A stretch of DNA of 64,000 bases, taken from NCBI RefSeq assembly GCF_009914755.1, contig NC_060925.1; one strand, 5' to 3'. The translations under genes were made by a program, and so were the position numbers. Numbering within the stretch: position 1 is the first letter of the stretch; each line of letters starts with the position of its first letter. Below, one piece after another: positions 16,095 through 27,611 of this stretch. Under the pieces are notes generated by a model. That model was not told the origin of the DNA, did no database searches, and saw only the letters and a program-made list of their open reading frames with translations. Source of the DNA: the human T2T-CHM13v2.0 reference genome, Homo sapiens.

Positions 16095-19000
16095 TATTTC
16101 ATTAAATAAATTTTTCTATGCCTTTTGCCATCTCTTCTCTTTTTTGAACTCCCATAATATGAACAGTTGTTTGCCTTCTGTTATCTCGTACATCTTGTAG
16201 GCTTTCTTCACTCTTATTTTGTATTTCATTCATTGAATTCCTCAATTGCAGATTTCTGTTTGGTTCTTTTTTTATATCTACCTCTTTGTTAAATTTCCCA
16301 TTAATATCATAAATTGTTTTTCTGGTTTTGTTGACTTGCCTATCTGTATATTTTTGTATCTCATTGAGTTTTCTTAAGATCAATATTTTGAACTTATTTT
16401 CCAGAAATTCGTAGGTTTCTTTTTCATTGGTGCCTGCTGTTAGAGAGTTATGGTGTTTCTTTGGTATAGTATTTCCTTGCTTCTTCATGTTGTGTCCTGG
16501 CATAAGCATGACTAGACCTTTTCCTTCTGTGTTTTCATGAAGTAAGCACGTCTTTTTGTCTTTCTAATTTACTTCCTATTTTACTTCGATGTCCATGCAT
16601 CTGGTGGCATAATCACCTCTTACAAACTTTCTAGAGTGGTTTATGTAGAAAAAGACTTTCACCTGCATTTGGGTCTTAGTGTGCCAAGTGGGAAAAGCGT
16701 GGTGACTCTTACCAGGTAGATTCAGTTGTGTAGTCTCCATGCAGCATCTTGAGCTACATTCAACAGCAATAATAATTGTGGGTGCCTCAGAGGTCTATGC
16801 TTTAGAAGTTTGTGGCAGTCGTGATGCTGGTGTAGGTTGTTAAAGTCCTCAGTGGCAAGACTTTTCAGTCTTTCTATTCTCATTTTCCTCACAATGGGGT
16901 GACTTTGCTGAGACGATCTCTACTGGTGTGTGTGAGGTTTCACACAGCCTACAAGCAGCTGCAGTGGCACTGGATTCTAGACACTGGTGCTCAGAATGGT
17001 TGTGGGGCCAGGATCCCAGGCTTAGGATCTTGCAAACCTGTTGTGGCACCTGTGTCTTGTGGTACAGGTTTGTTTTCTGTGGCAGAGTTAAATGTTGATT
17101 GCCTACAGAGCCAAGATCTGTAACTCTCTCTGAGGTACCTCTAGAATCTTGGGCCCAGAGGGCCAGTTTATAGCTGTGATCTTACCCTTGTGGATCAGGG
17201 CACAGCACTGGCCCAACTCTGGAGAAGAAAGGGTGCTCTGGAAATTTGGGCTTGGGAGCATGATATGGCTGCAATTTGGAAACCTCAGCCAACAGGATTC
17301 AATGGCAACTTGGGTACCCGAGAATGAGGTACCATTTAATGACTCTGGACCTTGGGATGGTGGGGTTCTGTGAGGCTAGGTGCAGGAGCAACAAGTACAC
17401 TAGAATGGCAGAGCACAGCTGTTGTTTGGGCCTGAGTAAGGCAAGGAGCAGCACAGTGATTACCCCACTCCCCACAGAGAGGAGTGTCTCAGCAGCTCAG
17501 ACTCTAGGGGACCTGACCAGCTCTGAGAAAGCAAGGTATTAGAATTGTTTGGCCTGTAGAATGGGTGTCTCAGCTCAGCCACTCTTCTGTTTCCCTAAGA
17601 CACAGGGTACTAGCTCAGCTCAGCTCTTGGATGCATATCTGCTCAGCTTAAACAAGGCACCATTTCCCCAGGGGATGATGTGCCTGTTTAGCTCAGTCCT
17701 GGGAAACTTAACTGTTCTGGGTGGTCCGGGAACCATTTCTCAAGAACATAGAGTATCACTTTAGCATAGACACCAGAGTGTATGACCACTTTGGACAGCC
17801 AAGATACCATTTCCTAGAAGATAGGGTGCTGTTTCAACTTATGCACAGGGGCAGACATGACTATTCTAGGATGCCATGGTGCTGTTTTCCCAGGATCGGG
17901 ATGCTGCTTTGGCTCAGGAACAGAGGGGCATGACTATTCTGGGCAACCAAAACACTATCTCTCCATTTTCTGGCATTGCTTCTGCTCCAGCACAGGTGAG
18001 GCAGGGTGCAGTAGCAGCTGGGAGGTTTATTTGGTGGGCCAAGCCACCATTTCCTTGGAAGGCAGTGTGCAGCTTCAGCTCAGGCCCCTAGGGGAAGGGT
18101 GCAGCAGACACTGGAAAGGGCATATGGAGCAACTCTGCCAAGGCACTGTTTCCCCAGGAAAGAGAGTACAGCTTCAGCTCAGGCCCCTAGAAGCAGGGCA
18201 TAACCGCAACTAGGAGAGGTAAATGTAGTGATTCTGCCAAAGCAACAATTCCCCAGGGGGACTGTACAGCTTTAGCATTGGTCCCCAGGTGCAGAACACA
18301 GCAATGACTGGGAGAGGTATATGGAGCAGTTCCGCCAAGGCAATGTTTCCTTAAGAGGCAGTGCACAGCTTTAGCTCAGTCCCCTGAGGGTAAGTCATAG
18401 CAGCAACAGTGAGGGGTAGATAAAGGGGCTACATCAGGGCCTCATTTCCCAGGAGGGGTTGTACAGGCCCAGCTCTGGCCTTATGGAACAGAGTACAGCT
18501 ACAACTGAAGCCTGGGGAGACAGGTGGAGGAGCTCCACTGCTTCTTGGCTCTATGGAGAAGGAGGTGACAGCTGGTCATAGCTCAGCTTGGGGATGTTGG
18601 GCCACCAGCTGGGGATGGTTTGGTGGTGGCTTGGTCTCAGGAATGAAGATATGCCTTGAGCACTCACCCTTGTAGTAAGGCACACTCTAGTGGTAGTCCT
18701 AGTTCTAGGATGGTGCAGTATAGTAGCTGCGTGGACCACCGAGGGCAGTGCACAGTATCAGCTCCTTTTGTGGAGACAGCACAGCTGTGTGGGCTCCAGT
18801 TAGCTCCCTCAGGTGGGCTTAGTGCCTGTGAGGACTGCAGGGGACCCCAGTGGTGAGGGCTGTATTTGTCCCAGATGCTGATGGTGGCTACTGGGATCTT
18901 ATCGTTTACCTTTTCTCCATGGGAGAAGTTCCTTCTAGTTCCCAGCTGATATCTAGTGGGGGATGAAATGATGGAGGCCAGGTGTTCTCTTCTCTATGTG

Positions 19001-19176
19001 GTTATCCTGAGTTTCTGTGCTCACCAGGATTTCTGTTACTCCTAAGATGTACTTCAGTGCTCTCCCTTAGTTATTTTCCTTAAAATATAGTTGTTCATTC
19101 ATTGCTTTGGCTCTCATGGTGGGGAGGAAGAGCAGTAGGGGCTTCCAGTAGACCATCTTGCTGATGTCACTTCTCA
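16095..19176 (-). mobile_element. Older L1M (L1MA/L1M2-like) 5' UTR plus ORF1 N-terminal half
   Basis: ORF 16102-16509 (MKKQGN...FKILILRKLNEIQ...IMGVQKREE) is L1M ORF1p; 5' terminus GAGAAGTGACATCAGCAAGATGG on minus strand (YY1-type CAAGATGG). Confidence 0.88.
17652..18520. repeat. Degenerate tandem array within L1M 5' UTR (about 5 x 73 bp then about 5 x 98 bp)
   Basis: Recurring CCAAGGCACCATTTCCCCAGG-like motif near 17652, 17725, 17799, 17874, 17947, 18039, 18138, 18237, 18335, 18433. Confidence 0.7.
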
Positions 19177-20342
19177 GACATAGTGAGGTTTTAATAAAGC
19201 TAAACAGATTAAAATTAAAGTTTTTTTTTGTTCTGAGATTTTGTCCTTTGTTTCTCTCTTGGACATTAAATTTACTCCTTTTTATTTAAATAATGGTATC
19301 AAGAGATGGTAGGTTTTTTTGTACTTGGTTTTTAAAATTTGTACTTGACAAAATAAAAGTTGACACTTCATTTTGAATGGCTTTTTTTGTTTAATTGTGT
19401 GGACCATGAAATCTCAAAGTCTGGGAACCACTGATTTATGCCTTGAGGTCAGGCCCAAGGCTTACATCAACTCTGGGAAGTTGCCCTGTGTATCCAGTTA
19501 ACAAAGTAGATGTTCAATATTCCAGAGTATTGGCACACTATGTCTACTCCACAAGCATGACTAGATCTTTTCATTCTCATATGTTTTCATGAAGTAAGCA
19601 TGTCTTTTTGTCTTTCTAATTTACTTCCTATAGCTTTATGCTCATTTCTTACAGCCAGTGACATTATATTTATCAAATATCTTAATTAAATTTAACAATG
19701 GTCCCTGTGACTTATTATGGGGGAAGTAGAATACAATTAAAATTATCAAGTTAAAAGTAAAATAAGAGATCACATTAAATTCCCCCATTTTATACTCTCT
19801 GGGCTACAGATGCCAGTAGCTATACGTTTTGCTAAAACTCAGAGAGATTTAAACAATTTGTCTGGGGTTTGAGATCTAGTTACTAGAAAATTAAAAATCT
19901 GGTTACTATGGACATTTTTCTTCACTCATTTAATTAGGTATAAGTCCTGGTAATTGACCTCTCAATTGATCCCCCTTGCCTCCCTGTCTTGCTCTATTCC
20001 ACTGTCCCCACCCCTACGGGCACTTTTGCCTACATGAGAACCTTAGGCTGTCAATGTCTTTCTCCTAGCTACTACTAGCCATGTTCATCTATCCTTCTGC
20101 CAACTTTAATCTTTAGACAGCTGTAAACATAACATTCTCTTGTTCAGAGTTTTTTAGGACTTTTCATTACTGCCTGGATGTCAATCTCCACTGCCCATCA
20201 TTTAAAGCCTTCCCCAATCCAATTCTGCACACATATTTCTAAATTTCAGACTACAATTTCTACACATAGTAGAAAAACAAAATTCTTTTCATTGAAAGAA
20301 GGAAAAGGAAATGAATTAATCATTGAAAGTCTACTAGGTGCT

Positions 20343-20680
20343 TGTCTTAGTTGATTTGGGTTACTATATAACAAATTATCAAGGACAGAGTGACTTAAAC
20401 AACAGAAATTTATTTCTCATGGTCCTAGAGTCTGAGGAGTCCAAGATCCAGAGTCTGGGGAGGGCTGGCATCCTGGTTTCTAGATGATTGACTTCTCATT
20501 GTATACCCACATAGTCAAAAGAAAACTCATTTCTCTTTTCGTAGGGGCACTAATCCCATTCATGAGGGCTTCACCCTCATGACCTAATTACCTCCCAAAG
20601 TCCCCACCTCCTAAACCATCACATTGGCAGTTAGGGCTTCAACATGTGAATTAGGGGACACAAACATTCAGTTCACGATA
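20343..20680 (-). mobile_element. MLT1A-type MaLR solo LTR
   Basis: TGTCTTAGTT...CACTAATCCCATTCATGAGGGC...ACAAACATTCAGTTCACGATA; TSD GTGCT (20338-20342) / GTACT (20681-20685); inserted in a MIR. Confidence 0.9.
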
Positions 20681-20890
20681 GTACTAGACCAATTTATGCA
20701 CATTTTCGTATTTATTTCTTCCCAGAAATCTATGAAATAGATATTATTATTACCATTTCACAAACGAGGAAACTGGGGCTCAGAGACTCTATGAAACATG
20801 TGAAAGTTTATAAAAATGATGAGTAATAGAGAAGTGATTCAGGTCTTTCTGCCCCTCAAACATCTGTTCTTTCTACTATTCAGCATTCCT
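20681..20890 (-). mobile_element. MIR SINE (interrupted by MLT1A)
   Basis: CCATTTCACAAACGAGGAAACTGGGGCTCAGAG MIR core. Confidence 0.8.
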
Positions 20891-21194
20891 GTCTTTTAAT
20901 TTGGGAAATAAAATTTTTTGTTCCAGCCTAAACAATTATCAGCACCAGTTGATAGACAGGGACCATTTAGAAAAAGAACTAAAAGTTCCCATGCAGCCTC
21001 TAAAATTATGCCAAATATTTGGCCCAACACCTGCCACTATTGGGAACAATAGCTCAGAAATTCCAGACTTGACTAGGGAAGTTTCTCCAGGATGCTGAGA
21101 GGATCCACTTCACTCAGGAATATTACCATTTTTATGTTTCAATCTGACATTTCAGTATCCAAGGATAGGTGCCTCATTGATCCCACTTTTATCA

Positions 21195-21325
21195 CTAGAA
21201 GTTCACAGCTCAGAGTGGGAAAGGACCTTATTTAACTCCTCAACAAATGAAGCTGATGGAATTCAATGAGGTAAAGTGACTTTCCTAAAGTCATACAGCT
21301 AAGAAGGGGCAAACATAAGACCAGG
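21195..21325 (-). mobile_element. MIR3/MIR fragment
   Basis: GGAAAGGACCTTA...GAGGTAAAGTGACTTTCCTAAAGTCATACAGCTA. Confidence 0.65.
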
Positions 21326-21709
21326 AAGGTCCATTATATCAGTGTATGTAGAAATTCTCTATTATTATCTATTAATATGAGACATTCTTGAAACAGAAAA
21401 TAAAACAACCATCAATTGAATTTTAAAATTTTAATCATTCTTTCAATATTTAAAAGTTTAAGGGGTAAAAATGCTGTATTGATGAAGATCAAGGGCTGTA
21501 ATATTGAAAAACTTCAATTAGACATGTTTGGGATATCTTGAGTCTTACCTGAACAGAATCTTGAAGGAAAACAAGACATGAATAGGGAAAACAAAAACAA
21601 AACAAAACAAAAATTCTATGATCCCAAATGTCATTCCATTGTCCATGGTGGCAACGTTAATTATGACCCTCTTTTACTGCCTAATGTGACTTCTGAATTC
21701 TCAACACAG

Positions 21710-21727
21710 CACTCCAGGCAACCACCA
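21710..21727 (+). CDS. Candidate 18-nt microexon of an unidentified host gene
   Basis: ctcttttacTGCctaat...tcaacacag|CACTCCAGGCAACCACCA|gtaaga; open in all three frames; splice signals only, no transcript evidence. Confidence 0.35.
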
Positions 21728-22143
21728 GTAAGAGAAGTGACTTGACATGCAAAATGAAATCTATTTTCAGAATTGAGCTACCAGCAAGAGCAAACAGATC
21801 AAAAAGACATCAACATGGTCAAATGTGGGCCATTCAAGGGACAGTAAGTCAATTAGACTGCCTGAGTATAGTTCACAAATAGCACAGTGTGAAATTAACA
21901 TAAGGGAGGCCTTGACAAAAAGTTTAATTGAATTCTCTCCTTTAATAATGTCTTTGCCATATTTCAAGTCATCTTTCCTAAAATATTGTAAAATATTTTT
22001 GAAAATGTTTGAATTCCTGAGCCATTAGCCTTTTTTCTCTTGGTGAAGATTTAGTTTCATCTTTCCCTCTACTTGTTGAATGTGGCAGTTCTAACCATTA
22101 GAACATGTGCTGAGTGATTTGGGCGGCTCTTCGAATCACTTAC

Positions 22144-22207
22144 AAATTGAAGCACTCAAACAAGTTTACATCAGTTTATTCTTCAGTGTCTGCACATGCC
22201 CAGATGT
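22144..22207 (-). other. Candidate 64-nt non-coding/stop-containing exon on minus strand
   Basis: ttcttctcttgtgttcag|ACATCTGGG...GTGCTTCAATTT|gtaagt; stop codons in all three frames. Confidence 0.25.
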
Positions 22208-22600
22208 CTGAACACAAGAGAAGAACTCTTTAAAAAAAAAAAAAAGAGTATTTTCAGCAGCCTCAAATTTCTATGCATTATACATTCCTGGAACCCTGAT
22301 AACGTCCAAATTGAAGCACTCTGGGAAGTTTAGAGAGCTTGTATAATTTTAAATTGTCCTATACATGGCTCAGACCTCATGTACTTCACAAATTGAAGAA
22401 CCTTTCAATTTTGAACATTTCAATAATTTTAAATCAAGGCATGCGCATCTAGATTTAATTTTTACTTGCATTTTAACTTACGTCACATAGACCAACTGAA
22501 AAATAAATCATTATTCTGATATATTTCTAGAAACTCACTTCCATTTTCAAAGAGATTTTTAGTGTGTTTCTCTTTGCTGTTTGTGATTAAATCAACATAG

Positions 22601-22623
22601 CAAAAGCATCACAGGCTGAAGAG
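22601..22623 (+). CDS. Candidate 23-nt microexon (or 9-nt, 22615-22623, from the internal CAG)
   Basis: gtttctcttTGCtgtttgtgattaaatcaacatag|CAAAAGCATCACAGGCTGAAGAG|gtatgt; strong donor; splice signals only. Confidence 0.35.
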
Positions 22624-24395
22624 GTATGTTTACTACACTTGACTATGTTTGCTGCACTTGAATTTGAAAATGCCAATACAACAATGTGCCTTACTCTAAA
22701 AAATTAAAGCCGTGTTACCATTAAGGCTGACATTTGGCTACTACACTGAGTATCACAACTAGTAAGATTTGACTACAAAAGAAAACTTAGCTCTTTTCTT
22801 AAAATAAGCTAGCTATGATAACGAGAGCTAGACAGTGGGAAAATTTGAGCTTGTGAGGCCCTAAAGAGTTTTTATTTTCAAAGGTACAAATTATTGAATT
22901 TAGAATAAGAAGGAACCTCTGTGGCTACTCAAGTCTGCAGAGTTATATTACATGACTGAATGAATGAATAAAAGCTCTGTACATTATAATTTGGAATGCA
23001 CTGAATTAGCAAACCTCCCACACCCCCAACCCCCCAAAAAGTAAAGATGTTTAAAGTAAAAGCAAAAGAGTCTGCCATCAGATCTCACAGAATAACTCCG
23101 TGGGAATTCCCCACATGAAAGATTACAGGATATGACCTAAGGATATATCACCCTACACAGTCATAAATTAAATTTACTGTAAGAACCACACAAACAGAGA
23201 AAAAAAGAATCACAGAGCCGTACAATAAAAGCCAGCCTAAAATTAAGGGTATTGATCATTTGCCTAAGAAGTGAGAGCACAAAACCATAGAGTGATTAAT
23301 GGTATTATTATTAGAGGAGCTCACCCAACCTCCTATGTTCCCAACAGAAAATTGATACTGTTTTAAATGTTTTGCCACTGTAATTTTTTAATATGTCAGC
23401 CAAATGTTTTATCTAATTGCTAAAACACAATCAGGAATAATTTTTAATTCAGTGTTAAGTATTCATTTGAAATAAATGATTGCTTATGTTTCATGTGCAG
23501 TGGAAGGAAAACCCACAATTCATCTAATTCTGAATTTTTCTGGTTGCTTTTCTCTTACATAAAATTTCTAGACAATATAGTCGCATTTTCCCTAAGTAAA
23601 CATGAGTAAATCAAGCCCAGAGCCCATTCTCCAAACTGAGAAGATTGGAAAATGTAATTTCCCACCCTGAGCTCTCAGATGAATAGCCACGAGTACTTCT
23701 TAGCAGCTGGGACAAGGAGAAAAAAAAGATACATGGAAAGTATACCTCTGTTTTTAAATAAAAGTAAAGACTTGATTTTAAGTAGAGGTTAGGGTCAGGC
23801 CAGGTCAGACATTTGATTCCCTGGGTCAGGCCTCTTCAGTCTGTGACCTACCAAGAGAGGCATCATGTTCTAACTCTTCTCTGACAAAAGCAGCAAAAAC
23901 AAGGCATTTTAATACAATCTGGACTAATTAGGCTTCCAAGTTAGAATAAAAGAACATTTTTTTTAAAAAAGACATAGAGCCTTTCTTATTTTATGGCAAC
24001 TAAAAAGAGTATTGTGATCAAATAATGGCATATGTGAAAAGTGGCAAGAGGCAAATTATCCTGTTTTCCAAATTTCAGGAAAATCATTTTTCCAAACTAA
24101 TAGGATTACCCATCACAAAGAATGTTTGAAACTGCTATTTTATATGGCAACAAATCCAACCATAGAAAAAAGAAAACAGAATGAACAGCCTCAAGAAAGA
24201 AACATAATGGAAAAGGCTCATGGGGGCTTGTATTTGGCCTATTATTTACAAGCGAAAAATTCCTTTGTTAGCTGTGAACAGACTTTATGGCAAAACCCCA
24301 TAGACCAGTCTCAGACCAAGCAAAATCCCTTATAATTGCCAAAATTTGATTTATGTAAACTTAGGAGATCCTGGTCTCTGCCTCACTATTTGCAG

Positions 24396-24463
24396 GAAAA
24401 ATGTTTCTGTGAACATGATGAATAGAAATTATGCATAATTGATTAGCGAATGAAAATTCCAGC
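24396..24463 (+). other. Candidate 68-nt stop-containing cassette exon (75 nt with the second donor)
   Basis: ggtctcTGCctcactatttgcag|GAAAAATG...ATTCCAGC|gtaagac|gtaaga then TGCATG at 24477-24482; stops in all frames (EKCFCEHDE*, KNVSVNMMNRNYA*, KMFL*). Confidence 0.35.
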
Positions 24464-26237
24464 GTAAGACGTAAGATGCATGCATCCTCATTTTGAAATT
24501 TGAGAATTTCATGCTGTGGAATTTCTTTTGTGCCTTTGAGGCATTTTTAACATATATGATTTCAAGAAATATTTTTTCTTATTACAATGGAATTACTATT
24601 ATGCTAACTCTTTAATTTTTAGTAAAGGAAATTAGTCATATTATCACTGAATAAAATAATAAAAACATTTTAGAAAATACTCGAAACTACTGAAGGAATA
24701 ACTTACATCCTACCATACATAAGCTTCTTTACATACAATGTCACTGCAATATTTTAAAGAAGTATCAAGAAGAAATTTAAAAGTTTATTTTTCTGGTTTT
24801 ATTATTCCTTTTCATATGTAAGCTCTGGGTACATTATGAAAAGAAATTGGTTATTTTATTCCTTCTTTTGCCTGAGCTGGGCTACCATTGTTGCTAAACC
24901 TCTCAAAAAAAGTAAAACTTTATTCACTATGTGATCGTCTCCAACAAAAATTTTGGCATGGAGGGTCAACTTGTCATATTTCCTCTTCACATGGTTCAAT
25001 TAAAAATACAGAAAGAGCCCACAATTCAATGAGATAATATGGACCCAAATTTTTTTCACACAGTACAGAATTGTTTATAAATATAGTTGATACAACATAG
25101 AAAGCAGACAGTGTAGTAATGATGCCTTTTCTGTAAAATGCATGCTTATTCTTGCATTTATATGTTGGGCATGGACAAGGATGTGTAAGTGGCTGCAGCA
25201 ATTAAAAAAAAGTAGGAATAAAAAAAGAATACAAAAGAAAAGACAAAAAAAAAAAACACAAATATATATTTTTTTCCAGTGCTTGGTTAGTGGCAGTTTC
25301 TGTAACATCTGATAATTCTCTTGAGTCAATTGGTTATTTGGTTTTTTTTTTAACCTTATGGGGGTCATATTATTCTCTTAAGCACAGCATTAGGGAATTC
25401 CCCCCCCCCCGACAAAAAATGATAGGTTAAAGGAACATTTGGAAGACAAAAAGATAGGTCTGTGAAGGAGTGAACACTTATAAGAATCAAATGGAGAAAT
25501 CAAAGTTGAATCCAAAAATTTCATGAATAGAAGATTGACATTAAAGCAAAAGAAAGACCTACAAGTATACCCTGAGGTGTAAGTAGTATAAGCAAAGTGT
25601 TACGTACATGTGTATTTACATTTTATTTATTTTTAAGATGGAGAGACTGAATCACATCTGAAAACCAATAAACAAATCAGTGCACAGAGGAGAAACTAGG
25701 TGAGGCCAGCTAGAAATCCAGAGAAACCTTTACTGGATTGTTCACAAGTACAGTGATCAAGACACAAATTTAGAGAAAGAGTGTGGGGATTCGTGAAATG
25801 TTGGTTCCTAGTTCAGCATTTCTCTTTTAGCTGTAGGGTAAAGGTTTTCAGGAACAGGGAGGAAAATGTCTGGCATCTTTTGGGAGATCCTCTCTAATAA
25901 AATCACCTTTGGGATTGTCCCTTGGGCCTACTGGAATATTATCTTCACATACTCCAGAGAATATTTGTGTGACACAAATTACTTGGCTTATATAGTCCTC
26001 TTTGGGAAATCACATACATGTTAGACTCTGGCCCAGATAAGAAGAAATCTCATTAACATTTTGCAGACATAGTTTACAGGATGACTATAAGTAACATGAA
26101 AAATATGTGAGTGTGTTCTATGCTGTATCAGGAGAGAAAAAAAATTCAACTTAGAAACTATTGCTTCAATGGTTTGGTGGAAGTTCACAGTTTAGAATTT
26201 CAGCTCAGTAAATTTTGATAATCAGATTAACATTAGT

Positions 26238-26347
26238 GTATATATACACATACATATATACATATATACATATATTATATATTAATATATGCATATATAA
26301 ATAAATATACATACATAGATATATATACATATCATATATATATATAT
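26238..26347. repeat. TA/TACA-rich low-complexity repeat
   Basis: gtatatatacacatacatatatacatatatacatatattatat... Confidence 0.85.
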
Positions 26348-27059
26348 TTCCTAACATAACTAAGCTTACAGACTTGGTTTGAACCTCATTGTATAGAAGC
26401 CTATGCAGTAGCAATAATATCCTGAAATTATTTTTATTTTAATACAAGGGATTTGGAATACTTGGCAAACATTAAGACCATTAACTATATTTTCAGATGA
26501 AGAACCAACAACAAAATGAGATGACATGGTGCTAGTTATTTTAACTACTCAAAGATAAAAGAAAGAATAGGCTATAGGCAGAGTCCACATAGCGTGATTT
26601 TTCAGGCACTGAATATTTTGCAACATTCCATACTTCCTCCTTTGACTCTCAAAAATATTTCCCTCAAAAGATCTTCACTCTATCTAAAATTCAAACACCA
26701 GTCAATCTATTCTGGGTACCAATTTAGATTATTTAAAGTTATATTTAAATGCTTCACTAGGAGGAGAAATGTATTAAAACATCAATAACCAGAAAGTCTT
26801 TAGGGTAAATTAGTTTATTAGATTAGTTAACCAATTATCTTGAAAATCCCAGAGACACACATCCATCTTAGTGCATGTGAGGAAGTCTAGGCTTGATGTG
26901 GGAAAAGGAGAATTGTTCAAGAGGTTAAGATTGCATGAAGGACAGTGTACTGTCCCTCTACTAGAAGAGAACAACTATTTCTAAAGGAAAATGGAAGAAG
27001 AAAAAAAAAAGAAAAGAAAGGAAAAGGAAGGGCAAAGAAAGTATCTTAGAAAACTTCAC

Positions 27060-27611
27060 TGTGATTGTCTATTGCTGTACAACAAATCACTCCAAAACAT
27101 AGTGGCTTAAAAGAACCACTCTCACTTTGTTATGTCTTAGAGTTTCTACGAATCAGGAATTTGGAAGAGCTTGGAAGTGTGGTTTTGGCTCCAGGTCTCT
27201 CATGAGGTTACTTAGCCAATATATAGAATTAGAACAGAACAATGCAGGCCTCAGTCAGCTAGGGACTAGATGAGCATTTCTCACTCTCTTTATGTAGTCT
27301 CAGAACCTTTTCAAGTCATCTCTTCATGTGGAACAGTTTTAACTTCTTAGCGTGAAGCATGGCAACATAAGTAAGGCCAGACCGTTTATATGTGCTTAAA
27401 GGTTTAATAGGTCTAATAGCAAACAAAATTGAATAAACTTTTATGATTTAGCATCAGAAATCACAGTGTATTACTTTTGCCCTAAGGTATTGGTTTAAAT
27501 AAGCCACAAAAACTCTCTTAAATAGAAAGAGATTCAAAGTCGCACTGCAGGAAAAGCACATGAGATGGAGAATACTGTTGCAGTCATCTTTAGAACATAC
27601 AATCTGCTATA
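27060..27611 (-). mobile_element. MLT1F/G/H-type MaLR solo LTR
   Basis: CTATTGCTGTACAACAAATCACTCCAAAACATAGTGGCTTAAAA start and GCAGTCATCTTTAGAACATACAATCTGCTATA end. Confidence 0.8.

Noticed and set aside
17652-18520. CRISPR-like or satellite interpretation of the periodic motif
   Set aside because: Mammalian DNA; units are degenerate along their whole length and lie inside an L1 5' UTR
14650-18856. Many overlapping ORFs in GC-richer sequence
   Set aside because: L1 5' UTR sequence with low stop-codon density
22106-22156. Possible pre-miRNA hairpin
   Set aside because: Stem too short and with a large asymmetric bulge; no recognised mature miRNA; kept only as a structural finding
21500-25300. 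Assigning a host gene symbol to the candidate exons
   Set aside because: Predicted peptides matched no protein I could recognise; needs genome mapping
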